Of a stretch of 50,921 nt of DNA, positions 18,232-27,688 are shown one piece after another (the stretch's first letter is position 1; the number at the start of each line of letters is the position of its first letter). The notes below the pieces were generated by a model that saw only the letters and a program-made list of their open reading frames with translations, was not told where the DNA came from and did no database searches. The stretch comes from Nocardioidaceae bacterium (lineage in GTDB: Bacteria > Actinomycetota > Actinomycetes > Propionibacteriales > Nocardioidaceae). Both the position numbers and the translations under genes were made by a program. Location of the stretch: positions 1 through 50,921 of the forward strand of contig DATIBI010000245.1 in assembly GCA_035457605.1 (NCBI GenBank), read 5' to 3'.

Positions 18232-19248
18232 ATGGAGCGCAAGGCCACCTCCCGTGACGTGGCGGAGCTCGCCGGTGTGTCCCGGACCGCGGTCTCGCTG
18301 GTGCTGAACGGTCGCGGCGACGGGAACATCGCGCCCGAGAAGCAGGAGGCGATCCGGGCAGCGGCCAGGAGGCTCCACTACACGCCGAACTCGGTCGCGC
18401 TCAGCCTCCGCAGCCAGCGGACGCGCACCATCGGCGTCGTCACCGACGCGATCGCGACCCACGCCTTCGGTGGCCGGGTGCTCGCGGGCGCCGGCGACAC
18501 CGCGCTCGAGGAGGGGTTCCTGCTCCTGGTCATGGACACGCAGGAGGACCCGACCCGCCAGGCCGAGGCGTTCCAGACGCTGCGCGACCGGCGGGTGGAC
18601 GGTCTGATGTTCGCGGCGCTGAGCCTGCGGCCGTTCCACGCCCCCGACTTCCTGCGCGGCACGCCGGCCGCGCTCGCCAACTGCTTCGAGCCCGACAACG
18701 GCGTCTACTCGGTGGGCTGTGACGAGGTGGGCGGGGGACGCCGGGCCACGGAGGTCCTGATCGAGCAGGGTCACCGCGACATCGTGATGCTGGCCGGCTC
18801 GCCCGAGCTTGTCGCCACGCACCGGCGGGTCGACGGGTTCCTCTCCGCCGCCGCCGCTGCGGGTCTCGACGTGCGGCCACCGGTCACGGCCGGCTGGGCC
18901 ATCGACGACGGCTACCGGGCGGCCACGCAGGTGCTCACCGGCGACGACCCTCCCACCGGCATCGTCTGCGCGAACGACCGCGTCGCGGTCGGGGTGGTGC
19001 TCGCCGCGGCGCGCCTCGGCCTCTCGGTGCCCGAGGACCTCTCCGTCGTGGGGTACGACGACGACGAGAACGTCGCCCCGCACATGGCCCCCCGGCTCAC
19101 CACGGTCCGGCTTCCCCACTACGAGATGGGGCAACGGGCCATGCGCGCGATCCTGGACCAGCTGCGCGGCCAGACGGTCGAGCCCGAGCAGGTGCTGATC
19201 GAGTGTCCGGCCGTCGAGCGTGACTCGGTCGCCCCGCCTCGCCGCTGA
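18232..19248 (+). CDS. LacI-family transcriptional regulator
   Basis: TSRDVAELAGVSRTAVSLVLNG HTH, NDRVAVG, VPEDLSVVGYDD. Confidence 0.96.
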   Translation: MERKATSRDVAELAGVSRTAVSLVLNGRGDGNIAPEKQEAIRAAARRLHYTPNSVALSLRSQRTRTIGVVTDAIATHAFGGRVLAGAGDTALEEGFLLLVMDTQEDPTRQAEAFQTLRDRRVDGLMFAALSLRPFHAPDFLRGTPAALANCFEPDNGVYSVGCDEVGGGRRATEVLIEQGHRDIVMLAGSPELVATHRRVDGFLSAAAAAGLDVRPPVTAGWAIDDGYRAATQVLTGDDPPTGIVCANDRVAVGVVLAAARLGLSVPEDLSVVGYDDDENVAPHMAPRLTTVRLPHYEMGQRAMRAILDQLRGQTVEPEQVLIECPAVERDSVAPPRR

Positions 19249-19256
19249 CCCCCGGC

Positions 19257-20534
19257 TCAGCCGTCCAGACCCAGCCGCCACACGGTCATCGGGCCCGCGG
19301 CGTCGACCCGCCAGTGGCTGCCCTCGGCCGGGTAGGCCCGGGTGGTGAACGGCTGCGGCCCCCCGGGGAACACCTCGACCATCGAGCCGTCCACCAGGAC
19401 CCGCGCGTCCATGACCGGCTCGGAAGGAGCCGCCCACTCCGCCACCAGCTCCTCACCGTCCGGGTGCACCAGCCAGAGGGCGCCGGGCCCGTACGGGAGC
19501 TCCACCTCGAACGCCGCCTCCTCGATGACGGAGCCCGGCGGCAGGGTCCGGGACTGCTGCCGCAACCCGGTCAGCTCGCGCACCGGGCGCGACACGAGCG
19601 CGTCACCGTGGAGGGACAGCTCGCGGGCGAAGGTCAGGACGCCCGCCCAGCCGGCTGCTCCGACCTCGTCCGCGCTGCGGCCGTGCTCCCAGGACCAGGC
19701 CCACAGCAGTGCGCGCCCGCCGGCCGCCAGAACCTGGGGCGCGTAGAAGCACGGGCCGGTGTCGAGGTGACCACCCGCCGCGGCCTTGAACTCCGGGTGC
19801 CCGTCGGAGCGGGGGAGCAGGTCGCCCACGAGGTAGCGCACCCCTGCGAGGGTGTGCGAGTCGTCGTCACCGTGCCACAGCGACAGGACCAGCACCCAGC
19901 GACCGTCGAGCTCGAACAGGTTGGGGCACTCCCAGATGTCCGCGGGCGCGATCTCGCCGGCGACCGGGTCGTTGCCGTGCAGCAGCGGCCCGAGCAGGGT
20001 CCACGCCGTGAGGTCGGTGGCGTCGTAGAGCAGGACCTGCGGGGTGCCCCGTCGACGGCCGGCCCCCTGCACGGCGTACCGGCGTCCGTCGTACTCGAAG
20101 AGGTAGGGGTCCCGGACGTCGCTGATCGCCCGGTCCTCCGGCATCCCGACGGCCGACACGGTCTCCTGCCGCCAGGTCCGCATGGCGCGGTCGCTGCGCG
20201 CCAGCACGACCTCGGACCGGCCGTCCCCCTGCGCCACGGCGCTGTAGACCGCGGTGGGCACACCGGCGTCGTCGATGAGGCAGCCGGTCCAGCAGCCGAA
20301 CGCGTCGAGCTCACCGGGCCGGGTCACCAGCGCCGTCGGTTCGAGCTCCCAGCGGACCAGGTCGGCCGAGCTCACGTGCCCCCACTGGATGGCGTGGTGC
20401 ACGGGAGCGGCCGGGTTGTACTGGAAGAACACGTGGTAGCGGCCGTCGACGTACGAGCAGCCGTTGGGGTCGTTCACCCAGCCACGCGGCGGGCGGCCGT
20501 GCAGGTGCGGGAATGTCGGGTCGGGGTGGGTCAC
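19257..20534 (-). CDS. GH32 beta-fructofuranosidase/invertase family, cytoplasmic
   Basis: WVNDPNG, WGHVSS, RDP and WECP motifs. GTGA overlap with the permease. No signal peptide. Confidence 0.92.
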   Translation of the reverse strand: MTHPDPTFPHLHGRPPRGWVNDPNGCSYVDGRYHVFFQYNPAAPVHHAIQWGHVSSADLVRWELEPTALVTRPGELDAFGCWTGCLIDDAGVPTAVYSAVAQGDGRSEVVLARSDRAMRTWRQETVSAVGMPEDRAISDVRDPYLFEYDGRRYAVQGAGRRRGTPQVLLYDATDLTAWTLLGPLLHGNDPVAGEIAPADIWECPNLFELDGRWVLVLSLWHGDDDSHTLAGVRYLVGDLLPRSDGHPEFKAAAGGHLDTGPCFYAPQVLAAGGRALLWAWSWEHGRSADEVGAAGWAGVLTFARELSLHGDALVSRPVRELTGLRQQSRTLPPGSVIEEAAFEVELPYGPGALWLVHPDGEELVAEWAAPSEPVMDARVLVDGSMVEVFPGGPQPFTTRAYPAEGSHWRVDAAGPMTVWRLGLDG

Positions 20535-21382
20535 TTGTCGATTCCTGTCGTCAGGCCCTCGCGCAGCGGACGCTGCCCGAGGACGAACACCAGCAGGGCG
20601 GGGATCATCGAGAGCACGACCCCGGCCAGGACGGTCGAGACGCTGCCCGTGCCCAGGTTGCCCTGCAGGGTCACCAGGCCGAGCGGCAGCGTGAAGTTCT
20701 CCTCGCTGATGGTGAGGATCAGCGGGCGGAAGAACTCGTTCCAGTGGTAGTTGAAGGCCAGGATGCCGACGATCGCCAGGCCCGGCAGTGCCAGCGGCGC
20801 ATAGATGGAGGTGAAGGTCCGCAGCGGGCTGGCCCCGTCGATCGCGGCGGCCTCGGCGAGCTCCGACGGGAGGCCCAGGAAGTACTGCCGCATCAGGAAG
20901 GTGCCGAACGCGGTCGGGATCGCCGGCAGGATCAGGGCCAGCAGCGTGTCCGCCAGGCCCATCCCGCGGATCAGCATGAACACGGGCACGATCGTGACCT
21001 GCATGGGCACCATCATCGTGGCGAGCACCAGCCCGAACAGCAGGCCGCGGCCGCGGAACTCGATGCGCGCGAAGGCGTAGCCGGCCATGGCCGCGGTCAC
21101 CATCTGGCCGAGGGCGCAGAGTCCGGTGACCAGCACGCTGTTCCAGATCAGCAGCAGCATGTCCACCTGGGCGAAGACGTCGGCGAAGGCGGCGAGCGAG
21201 ACGCCTGCGGCGCCGTCGGGTGACGTGGGGGTCAGTGCGGTCCACACGGTCCACAGGACGGGTCCGAGGGTGAGGAACGTGGCGAGGAGGAGTACCGCGG
21301 CGCGGCCCCAGGCGCCGGGGGTGAAGCGGAGCCGGCGAACCGCGTGCACCGGCGCGGCGGAAGGGTGGTCGAGGACGGTCAT
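20531..21382 (-). CDS. carbohydrate ABC transporter permease (MalG-like)
   Basis: ELAEAAAIDGA EAA motif, AGYAFAR, WNEFF.PL. Confidence 0.95.
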   Translation of the reverse strand: MTVLDHPSAAPVHAVRRLRFTPGAWGRAAVLLLATFLTLGPVLWTVWTALTPTSPDGAAGVSLAAFADVFAQVDMLLLIWNSVLVTGLCALGQMVTAAMAGYAFARIEFRGRGLLFGLVLATMMVPMQVTIVPVFMLIRGMGLADTLLALILPAIPTAFGTFLMRQYFLGLPSELAEAAAIDGASPLRTFTSIYAPLALPGLAIVGILAFNYHWNEFFRPLILTISEENFTLPLGLVTLQGNLGTGSVSTVLAGVVLSMIPALLVFVLGQRPLREGLTTGIDK

Positions 21383-21392
21383 GGTCGGCCCC

Positions 21393-22343
21393 TCACTGGT
21401 AGAAGACGAAGCGGCGGCTGAGCCGGAACTGGAGGGCGGTGACCGCCATGATCAGCAGGGTGAGCACGAGCCCGATGGCCGAGGCGAGCCCGAAGTCGAG
21501 CCGCTGGAAGGCGGACTCGAAGATCACCATGACCGCCGTGCGGGTGGAGTCGCCGGGCCCGCCGCGGGTGAGCACGTAGGGCTGGTCGAAGATCTGCAGA
21601 GCGCTGATCACCGACATCACCGACGCGACCAGGAGGGTCGGGCTGATCAGCGGCAGCGTGACGTGACGGAACCGGCCCCAGCCGACCACGCCGTCGATCT
21701 CCGACGCCTCGTGCACCTCCTTCGGAATGGCCGCCAGGCCGCCGAGGAAGAGCAGGAAGGTGAACCCGAAGTTCTGCCAGACGTAGACGAGGACGACCAC
21801 GGTCGCGGCGCCGAGCGGCGAGGTCAGCCACGGCACGTCCGGCAGGGCCACGGCGTTGAGGGCGGCGTTGACCAGGCCGAAGTCCTCGTTGAACAGGTAG
21901 GCCATCACCAGCGAGACCGAGGCGGCGGACAGGATCAGCGGGAAGAAGAACGCAGAGCGGAAGAACGTGCGCAGCCAGGTGGGCATCCGCGACTGCAGGA
22001 GTACGGCGAGCGCGAGCGACACCGTCAGCTGCAGGGCGACCGCGACCACGACGAACCCGAAGGTGTTCAGGAACGCCACGCGCACGGTGGGGTCGGCGCC
22101 CAGCTCGGCGAAGTTCGCCAGCCCCACGAACTCCGGCGCGGTGATGATGTCCCACCGGAAGAAGGCGAGCAGCACCGAGGCGATGATCGGGATCACCGTG
22201 AACAGCACGATCCCGCCCACGGCCGGGGCGAGCAGGAACGTGGCCAGCAGGCGCTCGCCGCGCCGGCCGGCTCGGGTCGGCGTCCGCGGATCCGGCTGCG
22301 TGGTCGCCGCGGCCACGGGTGCGGGTGCTTTCAGGGTCGTCAT
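21393..22343 (-). CDS. carbohydrate ABC transporter permease (MalF-like)
   Basis: FVGLANF, EVHEASEIDG, TLPLISP, LTRGGP. Confidence 0.95.
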   Translation of the reverse strand: MTTLKAPAPVAAATTQPDPRTPTRAGRRGERLLATFLLAPAVGGIVLFTVIPIIASVLLAFFRWDIITAPEFVGLANFAELGADPTVRVAFLNTFGFVVVAVALQLTVSLALAVLLQSRMPTWLRTFFRSAFFFPLILSAASVSLVMAYLFNEDFGLVNAALNAVALPDVPWLTSPLGAATVVVLVYVWQNFGFTFLLFLGGLAAIPKEVHEASEIDGVVGWGRFRHVTLPLISPTLLVASVMSVISALQIFDQPYVLTRGGPGDSTRTAVMVIFESAFQRLDFGLASAIGLVLTLLIMAVTALQFRLSRRFVFYQ

Positions 22344-23734
22344 CAGGCCCTCCTCAGTGCGAGCTCGAGGTCGCGCTGCATCCGGGACAGCGCGGGGGCG
22401 ACGTCGCGGGCCGAGCCGGTCAGCGCGCCGAGGACGTTCTTGATCAGTGCCGTCTCGACCGCGGCCTGCTGCGGCGGGGCCGGGATCGGGCCGGTGGTGG
22501 GGAACCGGTCGAGGGTGTCGTAGAAGACCTGCCAGTGCTCGGGGCCCTTGCCCGCGTAGTAGGCCTCGTTGACCATCGAGCGCCGGGTCGGCGTGGTGTT
22601 CGGGTCAGCCATCGCGATCTGCATCGCCTCCCGCGAGGCGCAGAACTTGACCCACTCCCAGGCCTCGTCCTTGCGCTCGGAAGTGCGCAGGATCGTGTAG
22701 CCGGCCGCCCCGAACTGGTGGCGCTGGCCGCGCCAGCGGGGGAAGAAGCTGACGTCGTAGTCGGCGGGACCCATGCCGCCCTCGTGCAGCCCCTGCACCC
22801 AGAAGCCGCCTGCGGGCGTCATCCCGATCTGGCCGGCGGCGAACCGGGCGACCAGCTCTCCGCCGCCGCCCTGGGCGGGGCTGGAGGCGAGCCCGTCGGC
22901 GACGAGCCCGCGGAGGAGCTCGAACGTCTCGGCCACCCGGGGGTCCTCGGCGTTCGGCTCCAGCCACTGGAAGCCGCCGCTGCGCGACGCCGAGGTCGGG
23001 TCGTCGGCGTAGAAGCGGTCCCAGAACCAGCGGCCGCCTCCGGACCTGGACTCGACCAGGAAGCTCGTGTCGTTGGCGTAGAGCCACGGCACCACGCCGC
23101 CCCAGAGCCGGTTGGTCCAGAAGTACGGCCGGAACGAGTCGGGCGAGCTGCGCCGCATCCCGCGGAGCATGGCCACGAAGTCGTCCTGGGTCCAGGTGTC
23201 GCTGGGCCGGTCGAGGCCGGCGCGCTCCATCGCCTGGGAGTTGTAGTAGATGTTCGCCGCGTTGAAGTCCATCGGCAGCTGGAACAGGCTGCCCTGGTAC
23301 ATGAACGCCTCCAGCAAGGAGGGGTGCACGTCATCGAAGAACTCCTGCAGCTGCGCCGCGTCCCGGGTCACGTAGCCGTCAAGCGGCTCGGCGAGCCGCT
23401 CCGCGAACAGCTGCGCGCCCTCCGTGGCGACGACGCAGACGTCGGGCGGCGTCCCGGCGGCGACCAGAGTGAGGACCTTGGCGAAGTAGTTGCTCCAGTC
23501 GGCGCCCTGGATCGCCTGGACCCGGACCTTGATGTCGGGGAACTGCTCGTTGAAGGCCCGGACGAGGCCCTGGCGTGCCGCGGCGTCCTGGGCGGTGCCG
23601 AGGATCGCGACGTTGAGCGCGTCGTCGCCGCGACCGGGGATGTCGGCGCCGGTGAGCCTGTCCCAGGAGGCGACGGTCCCGACCACTCCTGCTCCGAGCA
23701 TGCCGAGGAATCCGCGGCGGCTGAGGTCTGCCAT
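22343..23734 (-). CDS. sugar ABC transporter substrate-binding protein, Tat signal
   Basis: MADLSRRGFL Tat motif, AGTPPDV, IYYN, WTQDDF SBP_bac_1-type features. Confidence 0.92.
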   Translation of the reverse strand: MADLSRRGFLGMLGAGVVGTVASWDRLTGADIPGRGDDALNVAILGTAQDAAARQGLVRAFNEQFPDIKVRVQAIQGADWSNYFAKVLTLVAAGTPPDVCVVATEGAQLFAERLAEPLDGYVTRDAAQLQEFFDDVHPSLLEAFMYQGSLFQLPMDFNAANIYYNSQAMERAGLDRPSDTWTQDDFVAMLRGMRRSSPDSFRPYFWTNRLWGGVVPWLYANDTSFLVESRSGGGRWFWDRFYADDPTSASRSGGFQWLEPNAEDPRVAETFELLRGLVADGLASSPAQGGGGELVARFAAGQIGMTPAGGFWVQGLHEGGMGPADYDVSFFPRWRGQRHQFGAAGYTILRTSERKDEAWEWVKFCASREAMQIAMADPNTTPTRRSMVNEAYYAGKGPEHWQVFYDTLDRFPTTGPIPAPPQQAAVETALIKNVLGALTGSARDVAPALSRMQRDLELALRRA

Positions 23735-23762
23735 GTGCGTGTCTCCGTGGTGAGGAGGAAGC

Positions 23763-23813
23763 CTAACTCGTGTGAGGTGACTCACCCTGCCCGGTCGACC
23801 TAACACGTGTCAA
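23763..23813 (-). promoter_or_regulatory. ABC operon promoter with two LacI operator copies
   Basis: TAACACGTGTCAA (23801-23813) overlaps the minus-strand TTGACA -35, with CAGGGT 18 nt later. Weaker copy CTAACTCGTGTGAG at 23763-23776. Confidence 0.7.
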
Positions 23814-24125
23814 CCCCCGAAGTCAGACAGGTGCGAGGGGGCGAAGAGGCACTGGAGGTCGCCTGGACGTGGCAGTCCGGAGCACGTCTTTCGGACAACT
23901 GGCGCTGACCGGGCGTTCCCGGTCTCCTAGTCATTTCCACCCATGTCGCTAACAACTTCGGGTACTTCGCGATTGCGACCATTCCCCTCGAGACGACCTC
24001 GGGTCTAGCGTCGGAGGCGGTTGCTCGACGTGGCCTCAGAAGAGGTGCTCAGGGTCGGGCGGCGGTCCCCAGACAGCGGCAGGAAAGCCCTGCCCGTTCC
24101 CTGTTCCGCACCTGGAGGATGTTTC

Positions 24126-24776
24126 ATGTCCGTCTCGCGACTCACGATCTGCGCAGCGCTCGCTACCACCGCCACCCTCGGCGCCACCGTCGCACCGGCC
24201 GTGGCCGGCAACGACAGCACCGGCAACGGCGCGCCCAGCGGCTCGCACTACACCCTCAACATCATCGGCGTCTCCAAGGACAAGGCCTCGGCGATGGACG
24301 GCAACAACGGCAGCCGGATCTTCGTGCCGCTGTGGGGCAACGCCAAGATCAACCTGACCGAGGGTGACTTCGGCGTGCTCGACGCCAACGGCACCGACAA
24401 GGACGGCGCGACCTTCTCGCTGCCCAACCCGGACCCGGACGCTGACGGCGTGACGGAGTACTCCGTCTACGCCCGCGCGCTGGGCACGCCGGGCGGGAGC
24501 TCGACGACCACCACCTGCGCGACGGACCCTGTTACGGACGAGGAGATCTGCTCGACCGAGAGCATGGTGCTGGTCCGCAACACCGGGAAGAGCTACTTCG
24601 ACAACGTCAGCCGCGAGCTGCTCTACGTCTACTACGACCTCGACGAGGACGGCACCGCGGAGCTGATCCCGCTGTTCGACAGCCGGCTCCAGGACTACTT
24701 CTGGGACTACGACAACAAGGGTCTGAAGGTCGCGCAGTTGCGCTTCTACGAGCAGGCGACCGACGTTAACAACTGA
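24126..24776 (+). CDS. secreted hypothetical protein (GNGAPSGSHYTLNIIG motif)
   Basis: Signal peptide ending AVA, GGAGG RBS, strong codon bias, D-rich loops, one further Cys pair. Confidence 0.85.
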   Translation: MSVSRLTICAALATTATLGATVAPAVAGNDSTGNGAPSGSHYTLNIIGVSKDKASAMDGNNGSRIFVPLWGNAKINLTEGDFGVLDANGTDKDGATFSLPNPDPDADGVTEYSVYARALGTPGGSSTTTTCATDPVTDEEICSTESMVLVRNTGKSYFDNVSRELLYVYYDLDEDGTAELIPLFDSRLQDYFWDYDNKGLKVAQLRFYEQATDVNN

Positions 24777-24791
24777 GGTCGTGTCGGACTT

Positions 24792-24828
24792 CGGTGGAGC
24801 GGGGCGGTGGGGACCCCCCGCTCCACCG
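24792..24828. terminator. hairpin terminator between convergent genes
   Basis: CGGTGGAGCGGGG / CCCCGCTCCACCG 13-bp stem. Confidence 0.75.
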
Positions 24829-24832
24829 GGGA

Positions 24833-25648
24833 TCACCTCCGAAGCGCACCCGGCTCACCCGCGCCGTGGTGCGCCTCGGCGCGCTTCTTGATCCCGAGCA
24901 GCATCTTCCGCTCCATCACGGCGTGGGGGAGCTCGATGAACACGATGTAGCCGACCGACCCCGCGCTCCGCTCCACGTGTGCCCGGGCGACCAGGCGGCA
25001 GCGGTGCTCGTCGACGGGCTCGACCACGTAGGCGCCCCAGTTCTCGATCAGCAGCCAGTGCGGCGGGTTCACCTCGGTGAAGGTGGTTGTCAGGCCGGGC
25101 ATCATGGCGAGCTTGTCGCCGGGCGCGAGCCTCTGCAGCTCGGGACGGATCCGGTCGGCGCTGTGCAGCCTGCAGCCGGCGAGGCTCTCCAGCCAGTCGT
25201 AGGAGTAGAAGCCTCCGCGGTCCTGCCCGATCTGCACCAGCCACTGCCACACCTCGGTGGCCGGCGCGTCGATCGTGACGGCGCGGGTGATGTTGTACAG
25301 CGGTGGCCGGTCGGGGTCGCCCGGGTACCGACGATCCCGCTCGTCGGGGGTGGACCCCCAGGTCTGCAGCCACGGGCGCACACCCAGGGCGTAGACCCAG
25401 GGCGCCAGCAGTCCCCCGGCGGTCGCGAGCCAGGCAGCGCGGCGGGCAGCCCGGTTCTGCAGCAGGTCCGGCCACCGTCGGGCCGCGGCGAACGGAGCCA
25501 GCGCGCTGCCGGCGGCGAGCAGGGCCGGCCCGCCGGCCACCACCGAGACGCCGCGGGCGAGCTGGAGCGGGGTCAGCCTCGGCTCGGGTGAGGGTCCCGG
25601 CTCCGGTCCGGGTGCTGGTGCGGGGGAGGTACGTGCGGTCAGGACCAT
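24833..25648 (-). CDS. SRPBCC-family membrane-associated protein
   Basis: WGST..E....[48 protein letters not shown]. Confidence 0.85.
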   Translation of the reverse strand: MVLTARTSPAPAPGPEPGPSPEPRLTPLQLARGVSVVAGGPALLAAGSALAPFAAARRWPDLLQNRAARRAAWLATAGGLLAPWVYALGVRPWLQTWGSTPDERDRRYPGDPDRPPLYNITRAVTIDAPATEVWQWLVQIGQDRGGFYSYDWLESLAGCRLHSADRIRPELQRLAPGDKLAMMPGLTTTFTEVNPPHWLLIENWGAYVVEPVDEHRCRLVARAHVERSAGSVGYIVFIELPHAVMERKMLLGIKKRAEAHHGAGEPGALRR

Positions 25649-25802
25649 GGCGCTACTCCTCTCCCTTCGAGCCTCGGCCCTCGGCGTGGTGCGTTCGTAG
25701 GGGCCAAGGTCCTGGGGCCCGCCCCCGGTCGGCCGCATGACCGGACGGTCCTCCGCCCCCCGCGTCCGACCGAACCGCCCGGAGCCCTGAGACCATGGCC
25801 GC

Positions 25803-26423
25803 GTGACCACCGTGACTCCCTCCACCAGCGCCGACGGCACCCCGGTCGCCGAGGTCGAGCTCGTACCCGGCCGGCTTCCCGACCTCGCCGACCTGGTCGG
25901 CCAGGCCCGGGCCCAGAACGCCGCCGTCCTGTGGGCCTACACCCCCGACGACCTCGAGCAGCACGGCTTCGCCGAGACGCCGGGCTTCGTCCGGCTCGAG
26001 GGCTCACCGTCGTTCGACGAGGTCCCCGACGACGACGAGCAGGTCGTGGTCCTCGCGGACGAGGACGAGGTGCGCACGCTGCGCCGGGCCTGCTTCGTGG
26101 GCCGCTTCGGCCACAAGATGCCCTCCGCGTCCCGCCCGGCCATCCGGTCCGACCACGTCCACCTCGGCCTGCGGCTGGCGGGACAGACCGTCGGGACCTG
26201 CCGGGTCGAGCCGGCGCACCGGTACGTCGACGCGCCCGGCGTCCTGCCCGAGCACCGGACGCCACGCCGCTACGTGCGGCTGCTGCGTGCTGCGGCAGAG
26301 CTGCTCGGCGACGGTCCGATCACGGTCGAGGGCTGGGGAGAGCCGGCGGAGATCGTGGCGTCCTACGCCCGAACCGGACTGCGCGTCGTCGCCCACGTGC
26401 CGGGGTGGCAGCGGGGGCTCTGA
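25803..26423 (+). CDS. hypothetical protein, possible GNAT-like fold
   Basis: GC3-rich ORF. PGVLPEHR and SYARTG(L) resemble GNAT motifs A and B. Confidence 0.6.
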   Translation: MTTVTPSTSADGTPVAEVELVPGRLPDLADLVGQARAQNAAVLWAYTPDDLEQHGFAETPGFVRLEGSPSFDEVPDDDEQVVVLADEDEVRTLRRACFVGRFGHKMPSASRPAIRSDHVHLGLRLAGQTVGTCRVEPAHRYVDAPGVLPEHRTPRRYVRLLRAAAELLGDGPITVEGWGEPAEIVASYARTGLRVVAHVPGWQRGL

Positions 26424-26445
26424 GGAGCGGGCACCTGGAGGCGAC

Positions 26446-27612
26446 TCACCGTGTCCAGCTGGTGGCCACGAGCAGCAGGGCCGCGTCCTGTGGCCGGCTC
26501 AGGTCGAGCCCGGTCAGCTCGCCGAGCCGGCGGAGCCGGTTGACCACCGTGTTGCGGTGGCAGTAGAGGGCGTGTGCGGTGTCGCCGGCCGAACCGGTGC
26601 GCGTGAACGCGACCGCGGTCTCGAGCAGGCGTTCCCGCTCTCCGGCGTGCATCCCCTCGAGCCCTCGCAGCACCGAGTCCGCGAGCGCAGGCGCGAGCTC
26701 CCCGAGCCGGCTGCCCGCCAGCAGGATCCAGGCGTCCCGGACCTCGTACGGGTCGTGGGCGTCGTGGGGCAGGACGTCGGCGATCTCCTGGGCGGTGCGC
26801 ACCGCGCGCGGGACCTTGCCGAGCCCGGCCGTGACCGGGGCGACGCCGCATCGCACGCCGCGGAGCAGGGAGCTCGCCGGCGCGCCGACGTCGCTGTGCC
26901 ACCGGGCGATGAGGGTGGTGTGCCGCGAGGTCTCGTGCAGGTGCGCGGCCCTGCCGGACGCGGCCAGCTGGTCGGCGACCGCGCGCAGATCCCTGTCCTC
27001 GTCGGCGAGAACGGCCGCCACGAGGAACTGCGCGTCTGGGTCCACGTCCAGCGCCAGGGCGATCCGGTTCACGTCCTGCGGATCCGGGTCGAGCTGGCTG
27101 AGCAGGCTGTCGACAAGCACGGCCCGCTCACGCACCTGCTCTCGCGACATCAGCGCCGTCTCCTGCAGGTAGCTGACCTGGATCGTCGTCGTGTACTCCT
27201 CCACCACCGACCACACGCGTTCGGCCTGCTCCACGAGCAGGGCCGTCTGCTCGGGACCGGACGCCTCGCGCAGCGCGTTCCACAGGACCTGGAAGTCGAG
27301 CCGCACGGCGGTGAGCAGGTTCTCCAGGGGCACTCCTCGGCGGGCCCGGTCCCGCCCGATGGACGGGCCGATGCCCTCCGTCCGCGCGGGAACCGGCAGC
27401 TCTCCGATGCGTCGCAGCAGATAGTCGAAGGACGCCACCGCGTCGCGCTCCACCAGGTCGCTCGGCACCGTGCCGCGCGCGTAGGCGGGAACGTCGCGGA
27501 CCCGCTCCAGGAACCGGGCGACGAGCCGGTCGGCGTTGTCGTGCAGGACGCGCACGAGCGACGTCCACTGCTCCGCCTCCGCGACCCCCGCGTTCGAGCC
27601 CTCGTTGTGCAT
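26446..27612 (-). CDS. PucR/CdaR-family transcriptional regulator
   Basis: IGRDRARRGVPLENLLTAVR; C-terminal TAHALYCHRNTVVNRLRRLGELTGLDL HTH. TAGATT 6 nt before ATG 27612. Confidence 0.93.
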   Translation of the reverse strand: MHNEGSNAGVAEAEQWTSLVRVLHDNADRLVARFLERVRDVPAYARGTVPSDLVERDAVASFDYLLRRIGELPVPARTEGIGPSIGRDRARRGVPLENLLTAVRLDFQVLWNALREASGPEQTALLVEQAERVWSVVEEYTTTIQVSYLQETALMSREQVRERAVLVDSLLSQLDPDPQDVNRIALALDVDPDAQFLVAAVLADEDRDLRAVADQLAASGRAAHLHETSRHTTLIARWHSDVGAPASSLLRGVRCGVAPVTAGLGKVPRAVRTAQEIADVLPHDAHDPYEVRDAWILLAGSRLGELAPALADSVLRGLEGMHAGERERLLETAVAFTRTGSAGDTAHALYCHRNTVVNRLRRLGELTGLDLSRPQDAALLLVATSWTR

Positions 27613-27620
27613 TCTCACAA
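27605..27620. promoter_or_regulatory. putative PucR-family operator TTGTG-N6-CACAA
   Basis: Inverted repeat over the regulator start codon in the divergent promoter region. Confidence 0.6.
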
Positions 27621-27688
27621 TCTAACGCCTCCAGAATGTCGCTCCGGTGCCTACACGTGGGCGTGATGACAGGCCACCATGGGTCGTT

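Noticed and set aside
19257-21254. 665-aa ORF suggesting a GH32 fusion; similar upstream extensions on ureC (27679), DUF190 (10808), the sigma gene (15074) and the methyltransferase (48041)
   Set aside because: The extensions overlap neighbouring real genes. The true starts are at coupled GTGA/ATGA junctions or RBS-supported codons.
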